Source: Vicinamibacterales bacterium
GTDB taxonomy: Bacteria > Acidobacteriota > Vicinamibacteria > Vicinamibacterales > UBA2999
Direction: 5' to 3'
DNA: 54,640 bases
NCBI GenBank assembly: GCA_036795065.1
Contig: DAIRFN010000002.1
Location: 1-54,640 of the forward strand
Shown: one piece after another, positions 10,004 through 20,095 of the stretch
How the letters are laid out: each line of letters begins with the position of its first letter
How positions within the stretch are numbered: the first letter of the stretch is position 1
The notes under the pieces: model-generated
Database searches by the model: none
Seen by the model: only the letters and a program-made list of their open reading frames with translations
Told to the model about the DNA's origin: nothing
Made by a program: the position numbers and the translations under genes

Positions 10004-10146
10004 ACGAAAACGACACCACGAAGATACGAAGACCACGAAGGCAGCACGAAGGGATCATCTCGACTGCGCGTGTCGACCGAAGAGGACCGGCGCAGATCTA
10101 TCATGATGAACTTCGTGATTCCCTTCGTGGCTTCGTGGTTTCTTGT
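10004..10146. repeat. Roughly 140-nt imperfect inverted repeat built from ACGAAG / CTTCGT hexamers
   Basis: Left arm: ACGAAG at 10018, 10026, 10035 and 10046. Right arm: CTTCGT at 10111, 10123 and 10131. Central stem: CTGCGC (10064-10069) pairs with GCGCAG (10090-10095). The element fills the parB-selD intergenic space. Confidence 0.6.
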
Positions 10147-10160
10147 CCCAGGAGCGATCG

Positions 10161-11213
10161 ATGAACCTGTTCGGAAAGAAGCGGCTGACCGAGATGGTCA
10201 GCTGCGCCGGTTGAGCCAGTAAACTCGCCGCTGGCGAGCTCGCTCAGGTCCTGAGCGGCATCCCTCCCTCGTCCGACCCCCGTGTCCTGGTCGACTTCAG
10301 GACGGCGGATGATGCCGGTGTGTACGTGTGGGAGGGCGGGCCGGCGCTGGTCCAGACGGTGGACTTCTTCACGCCCATCGTGGACGACCCGTATCTCTAC
10401 GGGCAGATTGCCGCGGCCAACGCGCTGAGCGACATCTACGCCATGGGCGGCCAGCCGCGAACCGCGCTGGCAATCGCCGCGTTTCCGAAAGACGGATTGG
10501 ATCCGGCCGACATCGCGGCCATCTTCCGTGGCGGGTACGAGAAGCTGCAGGAGGCCGGGACCGCACTGCTCGGCGGACACACCATCCAGGACCAGGAGAT
10601 CAAGTTCGGCTACGCCGTCACGGGCGCCGTGCACGCCGACCGCGTGTTGACCAACGGTGGCGCGCGGGTGGGCGACGTGCTGCTCCTGACCAAGCCCCTC
10701 GGCACCGGGGTGGTGGGCACGGCCATCAAGTCGGGCCGGGCGCCGGCCGACCTGGTGGACCGCGCCGTGGCGTCCATGACGATGCTCAACAAGGTGGCGG
10801 CGGAGACCATGCTGTCGGTCGGCGGCGTGCACGCGTGCACCGACATCACCGGGTTCGGCCTGCTGGGGCACGCCAGCGAGATGGCGGCCGCCAGCGAGGT
10901 GACCATTGAGATTGCCGCCGCGGGGATCCCCGTCCTGGAGGGTGTGCTGGCGTTGGTCTCGCGCAATCGGTCCGGCGGAATGGCGTCGAATCGGGCCTAT
11001 TTCGGAGATCGGGTCCGGATGACCGACGCGATTGGCCGGGACGTCCAGGACCTGTTGTTCGATCCTCAGACGTCCGGAGGGCTGCTGATATCGGTCGATC
11101 CGGCCGTGGCGGAGGTGCTGGCCCGTGCGCTCGAGACCGCGGGGGTGATGGGCAACGCGGTGGGGTTGGTCGGCTCCCGCGCTGAAGACAACCACCTTGT
11201 TTCTGTTATTTGA
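10161..11213 (+). CDS. selD: Selenide, water dikinase SelD with an in-frame UGA (selenocysteine) at 10212-10214
   Basis: ATG 10161 gives MNLFGKKRLTEMVSCAG-U-ASKLAAGELAQVLSG...DDAGVYVW, in frame with ORF 10320-11213. The N-terminus aligns with E. coli SelD [24 protein letters not shown], with the UGA at the Cys17 position. The rest is a typical PurM-like SelD. Confidence 0.85.
10224..10257 (+). promoter_or_regulatory. Candidate bacterial SECIS hairpin(s) downstream of the selD UGA
   Basis: Hairpin 1: CTCGCC-GCT-GGCGAG (10224-10238). Hairpin 2: CGCTCAG-GTC-CTGAGCG (10241-10257). The apical loops lie 16-36 nt after the UGA. The fold was not computed. Confidence 0.4.
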
Positions 11214-11294
11214 CCTACTCGACCCTCCGGGACTTACTCCCGCTCGGGTCTGGCCAGACCCCGACCTGACCCGTGATATCCTTAGTCGTTTGCC

Positions 11295-11717
11295 ATGATC
11301 CCGGATATCTCAACCCTGTGGGTCGTCGTCCTTCTGCTGCTCTGCACGGCCATTCTCAATGCCCTCGTCTTCAAGCCGATCCTGAAGGTTGTTGATCAGC
11401 GTACGGCTGCAGTGCGTGGCGCGCGAGAGCTGGCCGAGTCGGCGGCGACAAAGGCCGCGGCGGCGGCGGCGGAGTACGACCGGACGCTGAACGCTGCGCG
11501 CGCGGATGTGTACCAGCAGATCGACGACACGCGGCGCGCGGCGCTCGAACAACGCGCGGCGCTCCTGGCTGAGACGCGCGCGGCGGTCCAGCGCGAGGCG
11601 CAGTCGGCAACCGCGCGGGTGAGCCAGGAGTCGGCAGATGCACGTGCGGCACTCGATCGCGAGGCCGTGGGATTGGCGGACGCCATTGTCACGCGCGTGC
11701 TCGGTCGCGCGTCCTGA
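11295..11717 (+). CDS. F0F1 ATP synthase subunit b' (b-type paralogue)
   Basis: 140 aa with a single N-terminal TM segment (LWVVVLLLLCTAILNALVF) followed by a long Ala/Arg/Glu-rich helix. It is the first gene of the atp cluster. Confidence 0.8.
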   Translation: MIPDISTLWVVVLLLLCTAILNALVFKPILKVVDQRTAAVRGARELAESAATKAAAAAAEYDRTLNAARADVYQQIDDTRRAALEQRAALLAETRAAVQREAQSATARVSQESADARAALDREAVGLADAIVTRVLGRAS

Positions 11718-11735
11718 CCAGGGCGGATTCTCGAT

Positions 11736-12353
11736 GTGGAGAGAGATGTGTCGACACGCCGCATGACCGCTTGTGAATTTATGCACAGAGTGCGGTGCGC
11801 TGCTGCGTCCGTCGTCGCGGTCACGCTCGCCAGTGCGCCGGCGTTTGCCGCCGCGGCGCAGGAAGCCGAGCACCACGAAGCCAGCCTGATGGACTTCTTC
11901 TGGCCGGTGGTCAACTTCGCCATCCTGTGCGGGGTGCTCTACTACTTTCTCAAGACGCCGCTCAGCAGCTACCTGCAGGACCGCGGCGCGGGCATCCGCA
12001 GGGACCTGGTTGACGCGGCCGCCATCAAGAACGCGGCCACCGCGCAATTGGCAGAGATCGACCGCAAGCTGAAGGCCCTGCCCGGTGAAATCGACGCGCT
12101 GCGTGCCCGCGGCAAGGCGGAGGTCGCCGCCGAGGAGCAGCGCATCGCCCAGCAGGCCGCCACCGAGCGCGAGCGGCTGCTCGAGCAGGCGCGGCGGGAG
12201 ATCGACGTCCAGGTACGCCTGGCGAAGCGGGCGCTCACCGAGCACGCCGCCGACCTGGCGGTGCAGCTGGCCACCGAGCGCATTGCCACGGACATGACGG
12301 CCGCCGATCAGGCCCGCCTGGTGGACCGGTACCTGGAGCAGGTGAAGCACTGA
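11736..12353 (+). CDS. atpF: F0F1 ATP synthase subunit b
   Basis: TM segment FFWPVVNFAILCGVLYYFL followed by a long charged helix. The start is uncertain: GTG 11736 per the ORF track, but ATG 11763 or 11781 is more likely because third-position GC is low before about 11781. Confidence 0.8.
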   Translation: MERDVSTRRMTACEFMHRVRCAAASVVAVTLASAPAFAAAAQEAEHHEASLMDFFWPVVNFAILCGVLYYFLKTPLSSYLQDRGAGIRRDLVDAAAIKNAATAQLAEIDRKLKALPGEIDALRARGKAEVAAEEQRIAQQAATERERLLEQARREIDVQVRLAKRALTEHAADLAVQLATERIATDMTAADQARLVDRYLEQVKH

Positions 12354-12354
12354 C

Positions 12355-12900
12355 ATGTCGAACCGCCCCTCTGCTGCCCGCTACGCGCGCGCGCTGTTCG
12401 ACGTCGCGCAGAAGGAATCGGACGTGACGAAGGTCCAACTGGACCTCACCGCGGTCGTCTCCACCGTCGCCGAGAATGCCGAGCTCGCCCGCGTGCTGGC
12501 GAGCCACACCGTGCCCGAGCTGGCCCGACGCAACATCATCGTGTCGATCGGCGAGAAGCTTGGAGTCGCCGTCCCGGTGGGCAAGCTCCTCGGGCTGCTC
12601 GCCGAGCGCCGCCGGCTGGAGTTGCTGCCCGACATCGCGGCGGTCTACACCGAGCGGCTGCATGCCCATCGCAACGTGCTGCAGGCCGAGGTCTCAACCG
12701 CGGCGCCGCTGTCGGCCGAAGCCACCCAGTCGCTCGAGGCCAGCCTGTCCAGCGTCACCGGCAAGCAGGTCACCATGCGTGTCTCGGTCGACCCGACGCT
12801 GCTCGGTGGTGTGGTGGCGCGTGTCGGCAGCACCGTGTACGACGGCAGCGTCCGGACGCAACTGAAGAAGATGCGCGACCAGCTGGTCGCCCAGGGCTAA
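12355..12900 (+). CDS. atpH: F0F1 ATP synthase subunit delta (OSCP)
   Basis: The ARYARALFDVA N-terminus is typical of OSCP/delta; 181 aa; position between b and alpha. Confidence 0.9.
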   Translation: MSNRPSAARYARALFDVAQKESDVTKVQLDLTAVVSTVAENAELARVLASHTVPELARRNIIVSIGEKLGVAVPVGKLLGLLAERRRLELLPDIAAVYTERLHAHRNVLQAEVSTAAPLSAEATQSLEASLSSVTGKQVTMRVSVDPTLLGGVVARVGSTVYDGSVRTQLKKMRDQLVAQG

Positions 12901-12903
12901 ACC

Positions 12904-14436
12904 ATGAGCATTCGATCCGACGAGATTTCCAAGATCATCAAGGACCAGATCGGCAGCTTCGCCGTGGACGTGGACGTGGCCGAAGTGGGCACCGTCACGT
13001 CAATCGGCGACGGCATCGCCCGCCTGCACGGCTGCGAGCGCGCGATGGCCGGCGAGATGCTCGAGTTCCCGCACGGCGTGTTCGGCATCGCGCTGAATCT
13101 CGAAGAGGACAGCGTGGGCGCGGTGCTCCTGGGCGAGTACCGGGCCATCAGGGAAGGCGATCCGGTGAAGCGCACCGGGCGCATCATCTCGGTCCCGGTG
13201 GGCGAGGAACTGCTCGGCCGCGTGGTCAACGCGCTCGGCCAGCCCATCGACGGCAAGGGCCCGATCCTGACGACGCAGTTCGCGCCGATCGAGCGGCTGG
13301 CGCCGGGCGTCGTGGATCGGCAGCCGGTGCGCGAGCCCATGCAGACGGGCCTGAAGGCCATCGACGGCATGGTGCCCATCGGCCGCGGCCAGCGCGAGCT
13401 CATCATCGGCGACCGCCAGACCGGCAAGACCGCCGTGGCGCTGGACACGATCCTGAACCAGAAGGACACCGGCGTCATCTGCATCTACAACGCCATCGGG
13501 CAGAAGCAGTCCACCATTGCCCAGGTGGTGCGGACGCTCGAGGAAGCCGACGCCCTGCGCTATTGCATCATCGTGGCAGCGGCCGCCTCGGACCCGGCGC
13601 CGATGCTCTATATCAGCCCCTACTCCGCGACGACGATGGGCGAATACTTCCGCGACAGCGGGCGTCACGCGTTGCTCATCTACGACGACCTCTCGAAGCA
13701 CGCGCAGTCGTATCGCGAGATCTCGCTGCTGCTCCGTCGTCCCCCGGGCCGCGAGGCGTACCCCGGCGACGTCTTCTACCTGCACTCGCGCCTGCTGGAG
13801 CGCGCGGCGAAGCTGAACGACGCGCTCGGCGGCGGCTCGCTCACCTCGCTCCCGATCATCGAGACGCAGGCGGGCGACTTGTCGGCCTACATCCCGACCA
13901 ACGTGATCTCGATCACGGACGGCCAGATCTTCCTCGAGTCGGACCTCTTCAACCAGGGTGTCCGCCCGGCCATCAACGTGGGCAACTCGGTGTCGCGCGT
14001 GGGCGGCTCGGCGCAGATCAAGGCGATGCGCCAGGTGGCGGGCACGCTCCGCCTCGACCTCGCGCAGTACCGCGAGCTGGCGGCGTTCGCGCAGTTCGGC
14101 AGCAGCGACCTCGACAAGGCCACGCAGCAGCAGCTGAACCGAGGTGCGCGCCTCGTCGAGATCCTGAAGCAGCCGCAGTATCAGCCGCTTCCGGTCGAAC
14201 AGCAGGTGGTGGCGGTCTACGCGGGTACCAATGGCTACTTCGACAGCGTCGCGGTGGCGGATGTGCGCCGGGCCGAAGACGAGCTGCTGCGCTTCATGAC
14301 CACGCGCTTCAGCACGTTGCTGTCGACGATCCGGGAGAAGAAGAACCTGGACGATGCACTCAAGGGCGAGCTGAATGCGGCGCTGAAGGAGTTCACCGAG
14401 CAGTTCGCCGCCGCGCCGGCGGGCGCGCGCGCCTGA
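12904..14436 (+). CDS. atpA: F0F1 ATP synthase subunit alpha
   Basis: 510 aa with P-loop [18 protein letters not shown] and unmistakable alpha-subunit sequence. Confidence 0.97.
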   Translation: MSIRSDEISKIIKDQIGSFAVDVDVAEVGTVTSIGDGIARLHGCERAMAGEMLEFPHGVFGIALNLEEDSVGAVLLGEYRAIREGDPVKRTGRIISVPVGEELLGRVVNALGQPIDGKGPILTTQFAPIERLAPGVVDRQPVREPMQTGLKAIDGMVPIGRGQRELIIGDRQTGKTAVALDTILNQKDTGVICIYNAIGQKQSTIAQVVRTLEEADALRYCIIVAAAASDPAPMLYISPYSATTMGEYFRDSGRHALLIYDDLSKHAQSYREISLLLRRPPGREAYPGDVFYLHSRLLERAAKLNDALGGGSLTSLPIIETQAGDLSAYIPTNVISITDGQIFLESDLFNQGVRPAINVGNSVSRVGGSAQIKAMRQVAGTLRLDLAQYRELAAFAQFGSSDLDKATQQQLNRGARLVEILKQPQYQPLPVEQQVVAVYAGTNGYFDSVAVADVRRAEDELLRFMTTRFSTLLSTIREKKNLDDALKGELNAALKEFTEQFAAAPAGARA

Positions 14437-14466
14437 GGGTCCCGCGGGGGTCTTGGATAGCCAGCC

Positions 14467-15336
14467 ATGCCGTCACTGATTGACATCCGTCGCCGGGTTC
14501 GGGCGACGAAGTCGACGCAGCAGATCACGAAGGCCATGAAGATGGTCTCGTCGTCGAAGCTGCGCCGCGCGCAGGAACGGATCGTGAACAGTCGTCCGTA
14601 CGCGCAGGAGATGCTCCGGGTCTTCAACAACCTGGCCACGCGCGTGGACCCGTCGGCGCACCCGCTGCTCAAGGACGACCCGACGCCGGGCCGCACGCTG
14701 CTCGTGGTGATCACGGCGGACCGCGGGCTGTGCGGCGGCTTCAACACGAACGTGATCAAGGGCGCGTCGCAGTTCCTCGCGGACCACACGGGCGACCCGG
14801 GCCGCGACGTGGCCCTCGCCCTCGTCGGCCGGAAGGGGCGCGATTTCTTCGTCCGACGCGGCTTCGACGTGAAATACGAGGAAGTGGGCCTGTTCCAGAA
14901 CGTGCAGTGGCCCCACGCCCGGGCCATCGCGAAGACGTGCATCGACGAGTTCCTCGCGCCCGACATCAGCTCGGTGTACCTCGTCTACAACGAGTTCCGC
15001 TCGATCATCTCGCAGCGGGTGGTGGTGGAGCGCCTGCTGCCCATCCCGAAGCTCGAGCCCGAATCGGCGGCCATCAACACGGTGGACTACCTGTTCGAGC
15101 CGGCGCCGGAGCAGCTGCTCAACCTGCTGCTGCCCTACCACGTGTCGGTGCAGGTGGCGCGGGCGCTGCTCGAGTCGTCGGCGGCCGAACACGCGGCGCG
15201 GATGACGGCGATGGACGCGGCCACGCGAAACGCGAAGGACATGGTGGATCGCCTCACGCTCTACATGAACAAGGTGCGGCAGGCGTCCATCACGCGCGAG
15301 ATCATCGAGATCGTCGCGGGCGCGCAGTCGGTGTAG
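14467..15336 (+). CDS. atpG: F0F1 ATP synthase subunit gamma
   Basis: N-terminal IRRRVRATKSTQQITKAMKMVSSSKLRRAQ and C-terminal NKVRQASITREIIEIVAGA. Confidence 0.95.
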   Translation: MPSLIDIRRRVRATKSTQQITKAMKMVSSSKLRRAQERIVNSRPYAQEMLRVFNNLATRVDPSAHPLLKDDPTPGRTLLVVITADRGLCGGFNTNVIKGASQFLADHTGDPGRDVALALVGRKGRDFFVRRGFDVKYEEVGLFQNVQWPHARAIAKTCIDEFLAPDISSVYLVYNEFRSIISQRVVVERLLPIPKLEPESAAINTVDYLFEPAPEQLLNLLLPYHVSVQVARALLESSAAEHAARMTAMDAATRNAKDMVDRLTLYMNKVRQASITREIIEIVAGAQSV

Positions 15337-15368
15337 GAAGGTCTTGGGGTCCAGCCTGCCCGCCGTAG

Positions 15369-16865
<1,497 letters not shown>

Positions 16866-16867
16866 CC

Positions 16868-17290
16868 ATGGCCCTTCCAACCAAGCTCACGCTCAGAGTC
16901 GTCACGCCCGACCACTCGTACACGCACGAGGTGGACGAGGTGTCGCTGCCCGGCAGTGAGGGCGACTTCGGGGTGTTGCCCGGCCACACGCCGTTCTTCG
17001 CGGCGCTGCGGACGGGGCTCATGACGTATCGCCAGGGGACGGAGAGCCATGTGCTGGCCGTCTCGATCGGGTTCGCGGAGGTGCTGCCGGACCAGGTGAG
17101 CGTGATTGCCCAGGTGGCCGAGACCGCCGAGGCGTTCGACGAGGCGCGCGCGCAGGCCGGCATGGCGCGGGCGGAAGAGATGATGGCCGCCTTGCCCAGC
17201 GAGATGCTCGACTTCGAGCGCGCGCGGGTGGCCCTGCTCCGCACGATGCAGCAACTGCAGGCCGAGTCGCGTCGCCATCCCGGCCACTGA
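16868..17290 (+). CDS. atpC: F0F1 ATP synthase subunit epsilon
   Basis: 140 aa; beta-sandwich N-terminus (LRVVTPD...SLPGSEGDFGVLPGH) followed by a helical hairpin. It is the last gene of the cluster. Confidence 0.9.
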   Translation: MALPTKLTLRVVTPDHSYTHEVDEVSLPGSEGDFGVLPGHTPFFAALRTGLMTYRQGTESHVLAVSIGFAEVLPDQVSVIAQVAETAEAFDEARAQAGMARAEEMMAALPSEMLDFERARVALLRTMQQLQAESRRHPGH

Positions 17291-17342
17291 CAGGCGCCGG
17301 GATCGTGGCGCCGGCCCCTGAAGCGCTGGCGCCCCACTACCC

Positions 17343-18137
17343 ATGCTGCAGAACCTCGCCAAGCTGTTCCGCTATCGCGGCCTCATCCGGATCCTGGTCG
17401 CCCGGGACCTGAAGGCGCGGTACCGCGGGTCGGTGCTGGGGTTCTTCTGGTCGTTCTTCAACCCGCTCCTGCTCCTCCTCGTCTACTCGTTCGTCTTCAC
17501 CGTGATCATGCCGGGCATGCACCCGGAGGAGATCCGGCCTTACGGCCTGTTCTTCTTCTGCGGGATCCTGCCGTGGACGTGGTTCTCCTCGTCCCTCTCC
17601 GAGTCGGCCAACGTCCTCATCGCGGGCGGCAACCTGATCAAGAAGGTGCTGTTTCCCGCCGAGGTGCTCCCCATCGTGGCCGTGCTGTCGAACCTGGTCC
17701 ACTTCTTCCTGGGCCTGCCGATCCTGGCGGCGTTCCTGATCTACTACCGCCGGCCCCTCGACCCGGTGGAGCTGCTCTGGTTCCCGGTGATCGTGCTGGT
17801 GCAGCTGCTCTTCACCACCGGCCTGGCGTTTCTCATCTCGGCGCTCACGGTGCACTTCCGCGACATCAAGGACCTGCTGGGCAACCTGCTGACGTTGTGG
17901 TTCTTCTCGACGCCCATCATCTACTCCATGCAGATGGCGCCCGAGAACTACCGCTGGGTGCTGAACCTGAATCCAATGACCCACCTGGCGATCTCCTACC
18001 AGGAGGTGCTGTTTCACGTCGGCCCGCACGGCCACTGGAAGTGGCTGATGGCGCTCGGCGTGCTGTCGGTGTTCGTGTTCCTGGCGGGGTACTTCGTGTT
18101 CGATCGCCTCCGGGACAGCTTCGCGGAAGAAGTATGA
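17343..18137 (+). CDS. wzm: ABC-2 type polysaccharide/O-antigen export permease (Wzm/TagG-like)
   Basis: 264 aa, about 6 TM segments, ABC-2 signature N-terminus (LIRILVARDLKARYRGSVLGFFWSFFNPLL). The ATGA overlap couples it to the following ATPase. Confidence 0.85.
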   Translation: MLQNLAKLFRYRGLIRILVARDLKARYRGSVLGFFWSFFNPLLLLLVYSFVFTVIMPGMHPEEIRPYGLFFFCGILPWTWFSSSLSESANVLIAGGNLIKKVLFPAEVLPIVAVLSNLVHFFLGLPILAAFLIYYRRPLDPVELLWFPVIVLVQLLFTTGLAFLISALTVHFRDIKDLLGNLLTLWFFSTPIIYSMQMAPENYRWVLNLNPMTHLAISYQEVLFHVGPHGHWKWLMALGVLSVFVFLAGYFVFDRLRDSFAEEV

Positions 18138-19495
18138 GCATTCCCGCGATTGACGTCGTCAACGTCTCGAAGGTCTACCGGCGCTTCGCGCGGCAGAAGC
18201 AGTTCGCCACGCTGAAGTCGGCGCTGCTCAAGGGCAGCCTCATCCGCGACCTGCAGCCGGACGAAACCTTCCCCGCCCTCCGGGGGGTGTCGTTCCAGGT
18301 GCCAAAGGGCTGCACCTACGGCGTGATCGGGCGGAACGGCTCCGGCAAGTCCACGCTGCTCAAGTGCGTGGCCGGCATCTCGCGGCCCAACAGCGGCACC
18401 ATCACCGTGGACGGCCGCATCTCGGCCCTCATCGAGCTCGGCGCGGGCTTCCACCCCGAGATTTCGGGGCGCGAGAACATCTTCATCAACGGGATCATGC
18501 TCGGGCTGACGAAGAAGGAGGTCCAGAAGCGGTTCGACGAGATCGTCGAGTTCGCCGAGCTGCAGGACTTCATCGACGCCCCCGTCAAGACCTACTCGTC
18601 CGGCATGTACATGCGGCTCGGGTTCGCCGTCGCCATCCACGTCGATCCCGAGGTGCTGCTCATCGACGAGGTGCTGGCCGTCGGCGACCAGGGCTTCACG
18701 CTGAAGTGCCTCGACAAGTTCGCGGAGTTCCGTCGCCGCAACAAGACCATCCTGCTCGTCACCCACTCGCTGGACCTGGTAGAAAAGTTCTGCGACCAGG
18801 CCCTGTGGCTCGACAAGGGCCAGACGAAGGCCGAGGGCGAGCCGAAGCGCGTCGTCGCTTCGTACATCATCGATGTCGAGAGGACCGAGGAGCAGGAGCT
18901 CTCGAAGGCCGAATCGGCGCGGCTGGCCGCGTCGGCGAAGGGCGGCACCGGTGACGGCGCGGGCGGCAAGCTGCCTGACAACCCCGTCGAGTCGGGCGAG
19001 GCGCCGGCCGACATGTTCAAGGCCACCGAAGGCCGCTGGGGGACACGGGAACTCGAGATCACCGGCGTGACGCTGCTCGGCGAGGACGGCCAGCCGGGCC
19101 ACGTCTTCCAGTACGGCGAGGCCGTGCGCGTGAAGATGAACGTGCGCGCGCATCACCCGCTGAAGGACTTCGTGTTCGGCTTCGGCATCTTCAACGCGGA
19201 CGGCGTGTGCTGCTACGGCACGAACACGAACCTGGAGGAGCTGCGGCCGGACGAGATTTCGGGCGAAGGTGAGGTCACCTTCGCGATCGACAGCCTCAAG
19301 CTCGTCGAGGGCACGTACCGCCTGGACCTGGCCGCGCACAAGCTGGACGGGTACCCGTACGATTACCACCGTCTGCTCTACTCGTTTCGCGTGAAGTCGC
19401 GGACGAAGGACGTCGGGATCTACCGGCCCGACCACCGCTGGCACTTCTCGCCCTCCATCCGCTTCAAGAGCGGATCGGGCCCTGGCGAGGGTTAA
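18134..19495 (+). CDS. wzt: ABC polysaccharide export ATP-binding protein with a Wzt-type C-terminal carbohydrate-binding domain
   Basis: The start is trimmed to MSIPAIDVVNVSKVY (ATG 18134) inside ORF 17573-19495. Walker A GRNGSGKSTLL, signature YSSGMYMRLGF, Walker B LLIDEVLAVGD, and a C-terminal beta-rich extension of about 190 aa. Confidence 0.85.
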   Translation: MSIPAIDVVNVSKVYRRFARQKQFATLKSALLKGSLIRDLQPDETFPALRGVSFQVPKGCTYGVIGRNGSGKSTLLKCVAGISRPNSGTITVDGRISALIELGAGFHPEISGRENIFINGIMLGLTKKEVQKRFDEIVEFAELQDFIDAPVKTYSSGMYMRLGFAVAIHVDPEVLLIDEVLAVGDQGFTLKCLDKFAEFRRRNKTILLVTHSLDLVEKFCDQALWLDKGQTKAEGEPKRVVASYIIDVERTEEQELSKAESARLAASAKGGTGDGAGGKLPDNPVESGEAPADMFKATEGRWGTRELEITGVTLLGEDGQPGHVFQYGEAVRVKMNVRAHHPLKDFVFGFGIFNADGVCCYGTNTNLEELRPDEISGEGEVTFAIDSLKLVEGTYRLDLAAHKLDGYPYDYHRLLYSFRVKSRTKDVGIYRPDHRWHFSPSIRFKSGSGPGEG

Positions 19496-19519
19496 GCGCG
19501 CCGTGGAAGCGAGGCCATC

Positions 19520-19993
19520 GTGAGCCGCATCCTCGCCCTGGACGACGCCGTCGCGCTGGTGGATCGGCTGCGCAGGCAGGGCCGGATCATCGTGTTCACC
19601 AACGGGGTCTTCGACATCCTTCACCCCGGCCACCTGCGCTATCTTTCCGAGGCACGCCGGCAGGGAGACGCGCTCATCGTCGGGTTGAACTCGGACGACT
19701 CGGTGCGCCGGTTGGCGAAAGGGCCGGGTCGGCCGGTCAACCCCGAAGCGGAACGCGCAGAGGTGCTCGCCGCGCTCCAGGCCGTGGACGCGGTCGTGAT
19801 CTTCGACGAGGACACGCCGTTCGAGATCGTGACGGCCCTGCAGCCCGACGTGCTGGTGAAAGGCGCAGATTGGGCGGCGGGCGCCATCGTGGGTCGCGAC
19901 GTGGTGGAGGCTCGCGGCGGGAAGGTGGTTCGCGTGCCGATGGCCGACGGCTATTCGACCTCATCCATTCTCGAACGCCTGCAGCGACGCTGA
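19520..19993 (+). CDS. hldC: D-glycero-beta-D-manno-heptose 1-phosphate adenylyltransferase (RfaE domain II type)
   Basis: 157 aa. Has the cytidylyltransferase-fold HxGH motif (FTNGVFDILHPGHLRYL), then LIVGLNSDDSVRRLKGPGRP...VLVKGADW, typical of HldC. Confidence 0.8.
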   Translation: MSRILALDDAVALVDRLRRQGRIIVFTNGVFDILHPGHLRYLSEARRQGDALIVGLNSDDSVRRLAKGPGRPVNPEAERAEVLAALQAVDAVVIFDEDTPFEIVTALQPDVLVKGADWAAGAIVGRDVVEARGGKVVRVPMADGYSTSSILERLQRR

Positions 19994-20095
19994 CCCCGCC
20001 CACTCCGCGCGGTACGGGGAGCATGGGACAATGGAAGTGACGCCGCGACACCCCGGCCCGTCTCGAACGGGCGCGGGGATACGTGTCTGTACTGA

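Noticed and set aside
9998-10222. A 74-aa ORF spanning the parB-selD spacer and ending at TAA 10220-10222.
   Set aside because: It is out of frame with selD and covers the hexamer inverted repeat. Its sequence is repeat-derived (TPRRYEDHEGSTKGSS...). The selD N-terminus containing the Sec codon explains the 3' part far better.
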